DNA from: a virus
Length of the DNA stretch: 64,000 nt
Strand: one strand, 5' to 3'
Virus record (IMG/VR): IMGVR_UViG_3300045988_067909
The first letter of the stretch is position 1. Each line of letters opens with the position of its first letter. The translations under genes were made by a program, and so were the position numbers. Under the pieces are notes generated by a model. The model was not told the DNA's origin, searched no databases, and was given only the letters and a program-made list of their open reading frames with translations. This document shows, piece after piece, positions 47,911 to 56,353 of this stretch.

Positions 47911-48290
47911 ATAAGTAAACTGTTTTATGATTGCATACTATAATTGTGTATGGTAGATACAGCTAGTAACGTTAGCTGTATCTAAATATAACCATACACT
48001 TGTAGACATAAGTCTACGGGTCGAAAGGAGGTGACTCCTATGACTAGAGAACGAGAATCTATTCTCGCTATCTGTGCTCAGATTCCTGAGCTCGAAGCTA
48101 GAAGGCTAGCTTCTGAAAGCATCCCGGTTGGGACTGAATCTGGTGAAAGATTACCAGACAAAGATACTCCAATCGTCCACATGGTACCGCCATGGAGGAT
48201 GCGTCTATACCACAAATATGGGGTATAGATAAGGAGTATACATGGGTAAGGATATAGAACATTCTTACCCATGTATTATTTTTTATACTT
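47900..48290 (+). repeat. copy 3 (inverted orientation) of the repeated small-gene cassette
   Basis: Promoter-like gattgcatactataattgtgtatgg, leader hairpins agatacagctagtaacgttagctgtatct and gtagacataagtctac, ORF, and terminator catgggtaagg...cttacccatg. Matches the 20945-21715 cassettes in reverse complement. Confidence 0.6.
48031..48228 (+). CDS. conserved small protein, cassette copy 3 (65 aa)
   Basis: MTPMTRERESILAICAQIPELEARRLASESIPVGTESGERLPDKDTPIVHMVPPWRMRLYHKYGV. RBS aaaggaggtgactcctATG. Confidence 0.55.
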   Translation: MTPMTRERESILAICAQIPELEARRLASESIPVGTESGERLPDKDTPIVHMVPPWRMRLYHKYGV

Positions 48291-48312
48291 ATTTGTTAGT
48301 GATTTAGTAAAT

Positions 48313-48390
48313 CGTAAAACTTAGTATTTTCAGTTGTATAATATAGTGGTAATAGAATGGTTGTATTATTTAGTATTAATTGAAAAGGAG
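48313..48390 (+). promoter_or_regulatory. conserved promoter-like repeat copy (diverged)
   Basis: cgtaaaacttagtattttcagttgtataatatagtggtaatagaatggttgtattatt. Confidence 0.4.
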
Positions 48391-48399
48391 ATATTAACC

Positions 48400-48687
48400 A
48401 TGATTACTCTATTAAAAAAGTATTATTTAGACCTTACTTTTGTATGCCTAGTTGTATTTGGCTTTGTAGTTGCTACAAAGCTAGTATATTTAACAGGTAT
48501 AGACTGGTGGAATTGGGAGATTCTCCCAGTTTCCGCTAGTCCAGCTCTAAGAGAGACTGCTGAAAACTACATGACAATTGCCCAATTAGAGGTGATTGGT
48601 ATGTATGTTTTCATGGGGTTACTTGCCCCATTCGTTGCGACTATGTATGTAGCATATCGCAACGATCCTGAACTTCATCAAAAGTAA
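48400..48687 (+). CDS. small membrane protein (promoter-cassette gene)
   Basis: RBS aaaggagatattaaccATG at 48400 (the ORF track begins upstream at 48334). TM segments LTFVCLVVFGFVVA and VIGMYVFMGLLAPFVATMYV. Confidence 0.45.
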   Translation: MITLLKKYYLDLTFVCLVVFGFVVATKLVYLTGIDWWNWEILPVSASPALRETAENYMTIAQLEVIGMYVFMGLLAPFVATMYVAYRNDPELHQK

Positions 48688-48693
48688 TAAGTT

Positions 48694-48735
48694 GGGATAC
48701 AGGTATTAAGCCTGTATCCCTTATCTTATTTTATT
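48694..48735. terminator. bidirectional terminator
   Basis: Hairpin gggatacaggtattaagcctgtatccc followed by a T-run. The convergent minus-strand gene ends at 48740. Confidence 0.5.
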
Positions 48736-48739
48736 TTTT

Positions 48740-49768
48740 TTAGAATCCATCATCGAATGATGCGGAACTACCGTTTCTAGCCTGAGAGATTAATGGTGCT
48801 TCTTCTATACGACCATCATTACCAATAACCACTAATGGGAAGTCCATATTAGTATTGGAGTTTCTAGCTGTACCAGTAGCGAAGTTAATACGCATAGCTT
48901 CAAGCAAGAAGTCGTCTGGTAGACTTACATTTTCCACATATTGTTTTGTAGCTAAGTTCATCATCCTAAAGTACTTAGCATCTGTACGTCTATCATATAC
49001 TACAACGACTTTAGTATTAGGGTTAGATTCCATAATCATACGATTTTGCTCTGGAGTGAACTCTTGAGATGGGGATAATTGAGTTCTATCAGATGGAGGA
49101 ATCAAATCAAAGCTTTGTGCACGCTGAGCGATAAAGGATGGGAAGTCCATACCCTGGATAGCTTGTGGTGGAACAAAACCAGTGGATTCCAATTGTTGTC
49201 TTGGAGCATCCAATAAGTTTTTGTATAGACCCATGATAGCTGCATTATCATCACCAGCATCAATCTTAAGATCTTTAACACGAGACAATTCCAATTTAGC
49301 TGCTGTAGTGATATTATCATTGATTGCTTTAATAGCACTTAGCTTAGTACTAGTGATAGTAGAGATTACACTAGCCATATCAGTCATATATTGATATTTA
49401 CCTTTAAGACGAGATGACATACGTAGTTGATTAAACTCAGTTTTAAGTTCATCTTGTAATACACCTAGCTGAGATACAGTCTCTCTAAGCATATCATTAG
49501 TTTCATCATACATCTCAGCAATAGGTACATTAGTAGTTAAGATAGCTGCTTTTTCTTGTCTAACTTCACCATCTTCACCATTCAAAGGTTTAACCTTACG
49601 TGGACGACCACGTCGTTTAGTTGGAACAACTAACTCTTTAGGTGGCTCTTCTAATTTGATACTATTATTATCTCTCATACCACCAAATAACTTTTTCTTA
49701 GGCGGAGTAACTTCAACTTTGAGTTCTTTATTGTCCACATCTGTGGCTGTAGTAAACATACTTTCCAT
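48740..49768 (-). CDS. hypothetical protein with AT-hook-like RRGRPRK motif
   Basis: 342-aa ORF on the minus strand with RBS aaagaaaggaaataaaaatATG on the reverse strand. Motif PTKRRGRPRKVKP. Confidence 0.45.
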   Translation of the reverse strand: MESMFTTATDVDNKELKVEVTPPKKKLFGGMRDNNSIKLEEPPKELVVPTKRRGRPRKVKPLNGEDGEVRQEKAAILTTNVPIAEMYDETNDMLRETVSQLGVLQDELKTEFNQLRMSSRLKGKYQYMTDMASVISTITSTKLSAIKAINDNITTAAKLELSRVKDLKIDAGDDNAAIMGLYKNLLDAPRQQLESTGFVPPQAIQGMDFPSFIAQRAQSFDLIPPSDRTQLSPSQEFTPEQNRMIMESNPNTKVVVVYDRRTDAKYFRMMNLATKQYVENVSLPDDFLLEAMRINFATGTARNSNTNMDFPLVVIGNDGRIEEAPLISQARNGSSASFDDGF

Positions 49769-49852
49769 ATTTTTATTTCCTTTCTTTATAAGGCTTCATA
49801 TTGGTTTTTATATAGACGTTAACTTCGTAATAACTAACAGGAGGAATTATCT

Positions 49853-50275
49853 ATGAAAAGTCAACTAATCTATGATATAAACAAGAAGTTTATTGTAACC
49901 ATTCTAAAGAATATAAAAAACAACCCTAATGATATTGTCTTTGAATTTAAAAACTTCTATCTTTCTATTGATGTAAATAAAGAAAGAGAACAAGCTTCTT
50001 TTGTAATAACTGATAAAGATGGTAAAGAGATTATATCATTCTTTAAGCACTACATGAAGTATACAGCATATAGCAACTGTATGCCAATAGAAGACTTCTT
50101 AAGTGACCATACTACTAATGAAGCATTAAAGGATTTTATATTTGATGGTGGTAAAGCTATCAAATATCTATACGGTGGTGGTCCTGGCTATAGGATTATA
50201 ACCAGAGAGTTATACTTGCTATTAAATGAGCATGCTAAAGCGATAACCAAAGATAATTTCAGTTATATACTATAA
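49853..50275 (+). CDS. hypothetical protein
   Basis: RBS aacaggaggaattatctATG. The 3' end of the ORF contains a copy of the promoter-like core ttcagttatatactataatggtgatac. Confidence 0.45.
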   Translation: MKSQLIYDINKKFIVTILKNIKNNPNDIVFEFKNFYLSIDVNKEREQASFVITDKDGKEIISFFKHYMKYTAYSNCMPIEDFLSDHTTNEALKDFIFDGGKAIKYLYGGGPGYRIITRELYLLLNEHAKAITKDNFSYIL

Positions 50276-50545
50276 TGGTGATACTGTGGTAGTTATTATC
50301 TTATCTAACACACCCCACAGGTGCATAAACTCTAATACCCAACTATACTCCCTTTGGGTACTCTCCTTTAAAATAAATAATATAACCATTGAAAATGAAC
50401 GGAAAAATTATTTATGCACCTATCTATAATATTCCCTATACAATAATGAATATAATCACCCCTCTACCACAGTATCACATTGAACTTCGGCAAGACACTC
50501 CCTTTCGGTGTCTTGCCACCCCTTATTTATTTTTTGCCTATTTAG
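50255..50545 (+). ncRNA. candidate structured non-coding RNA (promoter-like box to terminator, no RBS-bearing ORF)
   Basis: Promoter-like core at 50255-50285. 16-nt long-range inverted repeat ggtgatactgtggtag (50278-50293) / ctaccacagtatcac (50461-50477). Strong terminal hairpin ggcaagacactccctttcggtgtcttgcc with a T-run (50491-50540). The only internal ORF (about 54 aa) lacks an RBS. Confidence 0.25.
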
Positions 50546-50613
50546 CTTGATTTCAACGGGAATAGTAAGTTTTTACAACTCTGACCACATACCATTAATA
50601 GGAGGAAACAATC

Positions 50614-52491
50614 ATGCTTCATATATACGACCAATATTTTGATGGGTCAGACTTAACGTTACTGAACTCATTCTATATAAAATCTAAGAAAGACAAAGCT
50701 GGATGGACATCTCCATATATAGTTATGGTAGCCAGAGACAACTCTACTGGTGAGAAAGTTAGATGTGAGATAGAGAATCCAGAATATATATACTTTGTGG
50801 CTAAAGACCCACAATCAATAACTCATCATTATGATTACATTGAACGAGATAAGGTTATACCAGTTAAGTGTAATAATGGTGAGCTTCTTAAATCTATTGC
50901 AGACAATACAGGTAATATAGAATACTTCTATAATAATATCAAGTCTAGAGACTTTGGTGCTAATACTAAGTTGCATACTTGTAATACAGTATTCTTATCT
51001 GATATGGAATTATCCGATCATTATAGATTTTGGTTTAGTCGGAGATTCCCTAATGAAATTAAAGTTCCACCAACTAAAGCATATTTCGATATTGAAGTTG
51101 ATATCTCAGAGATTGCTGGGGATTTCCCAGAACCAGGTGAAGCACCTGTATCTGCAGTAACTTATATCTTTGGTAATAATATCTATACGTATATTCTTAG
51201 AGATCATCGTAATGTACTTGTAGAAGAATTTGAATTAAAGTATAGAAAAGGTGGATTAGATGGTGAATTGTTTAGTCTTATTCGTTCTACAGTTGGTGGT
51301 AATGATAGGGTTAAACACTTTGGTTTAGAGAATATGAAATGGCATGCTTTATTTTTTGATGATGAAAAGGAGCTATTACATTCTTTATTCGATAAAGTTA
51401 ATGAAGATAAACCTGATTTCATGTTAGCATGGAACATGGCGTTCGACTTGCCATATATCATTGCTCGTATAGAAGACCAATTTGGTGAGAAAGCATCTGA
51501 CTATATTTGTCATCCAGACTTCTATACTAAGGAATGCTATTACTATGTAGATGAACGTGCAGGTCAAGCATTAGCTGAACGTGGTGACTATGCACAGATA
51601 TCTTCATATACAGTATACTTAGACCAAATGATTCAGTTTGCTTCTAGACGTAAAGGACAAGCTGCTTATCAATCTAATAAGTTGAATGATATCGGTCAAC
51701 AAGTTGCTGGTGTAGCTAAGTTAGACTATCATCATATTACTAGAGATATTGGTGAGTTACCATTTAAAGACTTTAAGACATATATATTCTATAACGTAGT
51801 CGACGTTATAGTACAGGTATGTATTGAAAAAGAAACTGGTGATATTGATTACGTATACAATACTACAGTTGATACAAATACTAGATATGCTAAGGCTCAT
51901 AGACAAACTGTATATCTTAATAATCAACGTGTTAAGATATATTACAATGATGGGTTCGTTCATGGTAATAATATCAATAAGTTTAAAGAGAAACCTAAAG
52001 AGAAGTTCCCTGGTGCATTCGTAGCAGATCCTAATCTTATTAGTGATTTTGCTAAGATTAAGATTAATGACCAACCAGTCTTGCTATTCGATAACTCAGT
52101 AGACTTTGACTTTAGTTCTCTATATCCTAGTATTATTCGTGAGTTCAATCTATCAGCACCAACTCAGATTGGTATGATTAAGTTTAATAATGAAGCACTA
52201 AGTGGTGCTAAGTTCATAGAAGATATAGCTACAGATGATAGTATCACATTCTGTCATAAGTGGTTTAATATGCCTAATATAGAAGAGATGGTACATATCA
52301 TCAAGATAAACGCACCAAGAATTCAAACTAAGAAACCATTCATGGCTTATACTGATGGTATACTTGGTGAAGTTGAACCTGATACATATACAACTTTAAA
52401 CATGTTTAGACATTCTGATACAGAAACACAATCTATGTTTAAACCTAAAGAATTATCCAAAGGAGAGATTGAAGATGGCGAAAGAGTATAA
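50614..52491 (+). CDS. family B DNA polymerase, N-terminal portion (3'-5' exonuclease domain plus polymerase motif A)
   Basis: RBS taataggaggaaacaatcATG. Exo I AYFDIEVD. Exo II LAWNMAFDLPYIIAR. Exo III-like IFYNVVDVIVQ. Pol motif A DFSSLYPSII. The ORF ends before motifs B (KxxxNSxYG) and C (YGDTDS) appear. Confidence 0.75.
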   Translation: MLHIYDQYFDGSDLTLLNSFYIKSKKDKAGWTSPYIVMVARDNSTGEKVRCEIENPEYIYFVAKDPQSITHHYDYIERDKVIPVKCNNGELLKSIADNTGNIEYFYNNIKSRDFGANTKLHTCNTVFLSDMELSDHYRFWFSRRFPNEIKVPPTKAYFDIEVDISEIAGDFPEPGEAPVSAVTYIFGNNIYTYILRDHRNVLVEEFELKYRKGGLDGELFSLIRSTVGGNDRVKHFGLENMKWHALFFDDEKELLHSLFDKVNEDKPDFMLAWNMAFDLPYIIARIEDQFGEKASDYICHPDFYTKECYYYVDERAGQALAERGDYAQISSYTVYLDQMIQFASRRKGQAAYQSNKLNDIGQQVAGVAKLDYHHITRDIGELPFKDFKTYIFYNVVDVIVQVCIEKETGDIDYVYNTTVDTNTRYAKAHRQTVYLNNQRVKIYYNDGFVHGNNINKFKEKPKEKFPGAFVADPNLISDFAKIKINDQPVLLFDNSVDFDFSSLYPSIIREFNLSAPTQIGMIKFNNEALSGAKFIEDIATDDSITFCHKWFNMPNIEEMVHIIKINAPRIQTKKPFMAYTDGILGEVEPDTYTTLNMFRHSDTETQSMFKPKELSKGEIEDGERV

Positions 52492-53053
52492 CGTAGACTA
52501 TTACAATAACCTTATAAAGATGCTAAAATGTGATAGCATCTTTAATAGTGAGAATGATAATGTGCTACTTGGGTTTGGTCCTGGTATGTCTTATATGCAA
52601 ATTGTAGCACCACCATCAAATAAACCTATTGAGGGTAATGCTAATATTAATTGTCTTGATTTCAAGAACTGTATGAAACAAGAGAACTTTACATTCTTAC
52701 ATGATAACTATGAGTTTGGTCGTCAAGATATCTTAGATAAGTACTATACTATCTTGAGTTATATGGATACAAAGAACTTAGAAGTCCAATATAATAATGA
52801 AAGATTTGTAGACAAGTTCCAATATTTCTTAGATGCTAAAGCTAGTGATGGTGCTATTAAACTAGTAGTGGAAACTAAGAAAAGAGATTATGTATGTATG
52901 ATTTCTCGTGGTATCTTCCCTATCGTTAAAGGAGATAAGATGGAATTATACTTATATGATATTCCAACTACGTCTAAGTTTAAGCTATTAGTGTTTAGAC
53001 TATTCAAACGTAATGGATATATTATCGACCAAGTATTCAAATTATTATGCTAG
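52469..53053 (+). CDS. hypothetical protein overlapping the end of the polymerase gene
   Basis: 194-aa ORF in a different frame starting 23 nt before the polymerase stop. No nuclease or polymerase motif recognised. Followed by hairpin aggctatggctctctgggtcatagcct. Confidence 0.3.
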   Translation: MKMAKEYNVDYYNNLIKMLKCDSIFNSENDNVLLGFGPGMSYMQIVAPPSNKPIEGNANINCLDFKNCMKQENFTFLHDNYEFGRQDILDKYYTILSYMDTKNLEVQYNNERFVDKFQYFLDAKASDGAIKLVVETKKRDYVCMISRGIFPIVKGDKMELYLYDIPTTSKFKLLVFRLFKRNGYIIDQVFKLLC

Positions 53054-53140
53054 TAATGTATTTTAGGCTATGGCTCTCTGGGTCATAGCCTTTAAATGCT
53101 GAAACATCCTACTAATATGCTACTTTTTTCAAGGAGGTAA

Positions 53141-55429
53141 ATGATGGCTGATGATATTAAAAAAGATACAGCCGAGCAACGTGACTTATCTAAGTCTATT
53201 CTAAATATGCTCAATGGTTTGTATCGAAGAGCTTATATGACTCAACCAGATGCTAAAGATGAATTAGATGCATCGGATGCAAATATATCTGATACAGTAG
53301 AACGTATCATCTCTGACTCCAGTTATAAGACTGGGTTAAATAATATATCTACATTATATGCTAAACTATTACGTTCTCGTGGTGGTACTGCTAGTAGTGA
53401 TGATATGAACCAAATCTTTGGTAATGATATGGAGCTTAGTGGGTCTTTATATAATGCTTTCTTTAACAATAAGAATCTTAAAGACTATGATGCTGAAATC
53501 GATATGATTTGTAAGTATATGCCTAAGCTAGATGCAGCATTAAGTACGTTATTAGACAACGTATTATCTGCTGACCATTTTGCTAAAGACTATATTACAT
53601 TAGCAGAAACTAACTTCTCTATGGTTAGTAACCAAAAGACTATAGTTAATAACGTAGAGCTTATTAAGCATAAGTATAACTTAGCAGAGAAGTTCCAAGA
53701 TATTGCTTATAATGCGATGAAGTATGGTGAAGAGTTCGTATATATTATTCCATATGCTACAGCTATTACTAGACTATACAATAGTAATCAGGCTGCAGAT
53801 GTAGTTAAAGAATCTGTGGAATTTGACCAAAACTTTATTAATACTTATCAAAACCAAGATTCTCGTGATAAGATTAATTTTAATGACTTTAAAATAAACT
53901 TATCTTATTATAATGGATTACTTAACGAGTCTATTGTGGCCAATATCAAGGCAACTGAGAGACTCAAAAGTATCCAGGAGCAAAGTTTTAACGAAGCCTA
54001 TATACCTGTACTGGAGGTTATGAGTGACACGCAGAAAGCCTCTTTACAGAAAGATACAAGTATCTCTAATGCTCTTACACCTAAAGATGAATTAGACGTA
54101 AAAGACTTCTTTGAACCAACTCCAGATGGTATTACTGACCCTAATAAAGCTAAGAAGTATGGTAAAGAGATTAAAGCTGCTGGTGCTTTAATGAAAGTGC
54201 TTAAACGTGAAAATGTTGTACCTATCTATATTGATGATATCTGCTTAGGATATTACTATATCGAAGGAACTGCTAATAATTTCTTAGATAAGGATACTGC
54301 ATATCCTATGGCTGGTATTACTGATCCATTGAATAGTATGGCTATGTCTAAATCTCCAACAGCAGCGTTAAAGAACTCTGGTAATATTAATGATAATATG
54401 CTACGTGGTATTGCTGCTAAAATCTCTGGTATGATTGATGCTCAGTTCATTAAACTAAATAAAGATCTATCTAGAGAAATTTATGCTATTCTTAAATATA
54501 ATAGCATGACTCTCAAAGGAGAGAATGCATTAAACATTACATTCATCTCTCCTGATGATTTAGTTCATTGCTATTATAAATTTGATCCTGAATCTCATCG
54601 TGGTATCTCTCTATTAAATGATTCTATGATTCCAGCTAAGCTATATACTGGTATGTATATCTCTAATACGTTAGCTACTATGTCTCGTGGTTATGATAGA
54701 CGTGTATACTATGTAAAGAACTCTGGTGTAGATACTAATATTTCTCAATTACTTCTTCAAACTATGAAGCAAATCAAAATGACTAACTTTAATATTAGAC
54801 GTTTTGAGAATATGAATAACGTATTGAATATCATTGGTCAATTCAATGACTTCATTATTCCTACAAACGCTTCTGGTGAATCTCCTGTACAGTTCGAAAT
54901 CATGCAAGGACAAAACATTGACCCTCAAACTGAACTTATGCAGAAGCTTGAAGATATGGCTGTAGATGCTACTACAGTACCTGTAGAAATTGTAAATGCT
55001 AGAAACTCTCTAGACTATGCAGTACAAGCATCTATGACATCTAGTAAATTCTTAAAGACTGTAATCAGTGACCAAATCATTACTAATGCATTCTTTAGTC
55101 GTATTATGACACAGTTGTATAGAGCTGAGTACGATGATTCTAAGGCTATTATCAATGTATCCTTGCCACAACCATCTTACTTGAATACATCTAATACATC
55201 TACTATGATTAATAATATGAATGATATGGTTCAAGCTATAACTGATTCTTATTCTGACGATTTCACCGAAGAACAAAAACCATTGTTTATGGCTAATATT
55301 AAGAAAGAAATGCTACGTACGTATATCGACCAAGATATGGTAGATAGAGTGGCTAAACAAACTAAATTACAACTAGCAGCTAAAGCTACTAATGATGATG
55401 GTAGTGATGATAGCTCTGGTGGATACTAA
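53141..55429 (+). CDS. hypothetical large protein (possibly virion-associated)
   Basis: 762-aa ORF with RBS caaggaggtaaATG. No catalytic motif recognised. Acidic Ser/Gly/Asp-rich C-terminal tail. Confidence 0.45.
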   Translation: MMADDIKKDTAEQRDLSKSILNMLNGLYRRAYMTQPDAKDELDASDANISDTVERIISDSSYKTGLNNISTLYAKLLRSRGGTASSDDMNQIFGNDMELSGSLYNAFFNNKNLKDYDAEIDMICKYMPKLDAALSTLLDNVLSADHFAKDYITLAETNFSMVSNQKTIVNNVELIKHKYNLAEKFQDIAYNAMKYGEEFVYIIPYATAITRLYNSNQAADVVKESVEFDQNFINTYQNQDSRDKINFNDFKINLSYYNGLLNESIVANIKATERLKSIQEQSFNEAYIPVLEVMSDTQKASLQKDTSISNALTPKDELDVKDFFEPTPDGITDPNKAKKYGKEIKAAGALMKVLKRENVVPIYIDDICLGYYYIEGTANNFLDKDTAYPMAGITDPLNSMAMSKSPTAALKNSGNINDNMLRGIAAKISGMIDAQFIKLNKDLSREIYAILKYNSMTLKGENALNITFISPDDLVHCYYKFDPESHRGISLLNDSMIPAKLYTGMYISNTLATMSRGYDRRVYYVKNSGVDTNISQLLLQTMKQIKMTNFNIRRFENMNNVLNIIGQFNDFIIPTNASGESPVQFEIMQGQNIDPQTELMQKLEDMAVDATTVPVEIVNARNSLDYAVQASMTSSKFLKTVISDQIITNAFFSRIMTQLYRAEYDDSKAIINVSLPQPSYLNTSNTSTMINNMNDMVQAITDSYSDDFTEEQKPLFMANIKKEMLRTYIDQDMVDRVAKQTKLQLAAKATNDDGSDDSSGGY

Positions 55430-55441
55430 GAGACACAAAAA

Positions 55442-55480
55442 CCCCTATATAGGCATTGCCTATATAGGGATTCTTTTTAG
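55442..55480. terminator. bidirectional terminator, TATAGGCATTGCCTATA hairpin family
   Basis: Hairpin cccctatataggcattgcctatataggg followed by a T-run. Convergent genes end at 55429 (+) and 55487 (-). Confidence 0.55.
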
Positions 55481-55486
55481 TACATA

Positions 55487-56335
55487 TTAACCTTGGAATT
55501 CAGTAGTACCACCAGTATTACCAGTGCCATTGCTAACAAGAGTTTTATGATATGCATTGAAAGTACCACTGTAACGGAATTCGGATTCATTCCAGATAGT
55601 ACCTTTACGTACCCAGTCAAGTAATTGTTGAGCACGTTCATTAATGTACCAGTTAGAGATAGGTACACAGTTGTATTCAATGGACAATTCTTTGAATTCG
55701 TATTGACCTTTTTCAGAGTTATACAATTCAGAGAAGTCAGCATTAGTTGGTTGAGCTGCAACCAAGTAGTATGCTTTTTCGATATGACGCATTGTGTTAT
55801 TAGTTACGATATACATGAATGTGAAACATTCGTTTTCGAAACCAGCATCCAATACGCCTTTTTCGATAAGACCATTGTAGTGTTTAACACCAGTAGTTGG
55901 GTCTTTAATACCACGTAAGTACAATTCATGTACTTTAGTAAGTACAGAACCAGCTTTTTCAAAGAAACGCATGGAGATCTGAGAAGCAGATGGAGTTGTA
56001 ACTTTGTTGATTACGTTAATGGATTGGATACCATTAGTCAATTCTGCAGTTTCAGATTGCATGTTATCGAGACCACTTAAACCACGGAATTCATATTCCA
56101 AGATATGAACGTAAGTATCGATAAGTTTTTTGTAACGAGTATTACGGTCAGCCAATTCAGTTAAGAATCGAGGAATATCCAATACAATAAGTAAGGAGTA
56201 ACCAGATTCGAATTGGTTGAATTGTTGTAAGTTAGCCCAGTCTGTAGTACCACGGAAAAGGGCATAGCCTGTTAGGTCTTTGGTATCAGTTGTACCATCA
56301 AAGATGAAAGGAATTTCACCGTTTGTAAAAGCCAT
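55487..56335 (-). CDS. hypothetical structural protein (possibly tail tube, immediately downstream of the sheath gene)
   Basis: 282-aa ORF 19 nt downstream of the putative sheath gene on the minus strand with RBS aaggaaaggagaactaaacaATG. Function inferred only from position. Confidence 0.3.
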   Translation of the reverse strand: MAFTNGEIPFIFDGTTDTKDLTGYALFRGTTDWANLQQFNQFESGYSLLIVLDIPRFLTELADRNTRYKKLIDTYVHILEYEFRGLSGLDNMQSETAELTNGIQSINVINKVTTPSASQISMRFFEKAGSVLTKVHELYLRGIKDPTTGVKHYNGLIEKGVLDAGFENECFTFMYIVTNNTMRHIEKAYYLVAAQPTNADFSELYNSEKGQYEFKELSIEYNCVPISNWYINERAQQLLDWVRKGTIWNESEFRYSGTFNAYHKTLVSNGTGNTGGTTEFQG

Positions 56336-56353
56336 TGTTTAGTTCTCCTTTCC

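Noticed and set aside
52469-53053. Homing endonuclease or intein inserted in the DNA polymerase gene
   Set aside because: The 194-aa ORF overlapping the polymerase 3' end shows no LAGLIDADG, GIY-YIG, HNH or His-Cys box motifs. Split or truncated status of the polymerase is reported as a finding, but a homing endonuclease is not supported.
53141-55429. C-terminal half of the family B DNA polymerase
   Set aside because: Searched the translation for KxxxNSxYG and YGDTDS. Only a weak SGVDTN resemblance was found. This is not enough to call it a polymerase domain.
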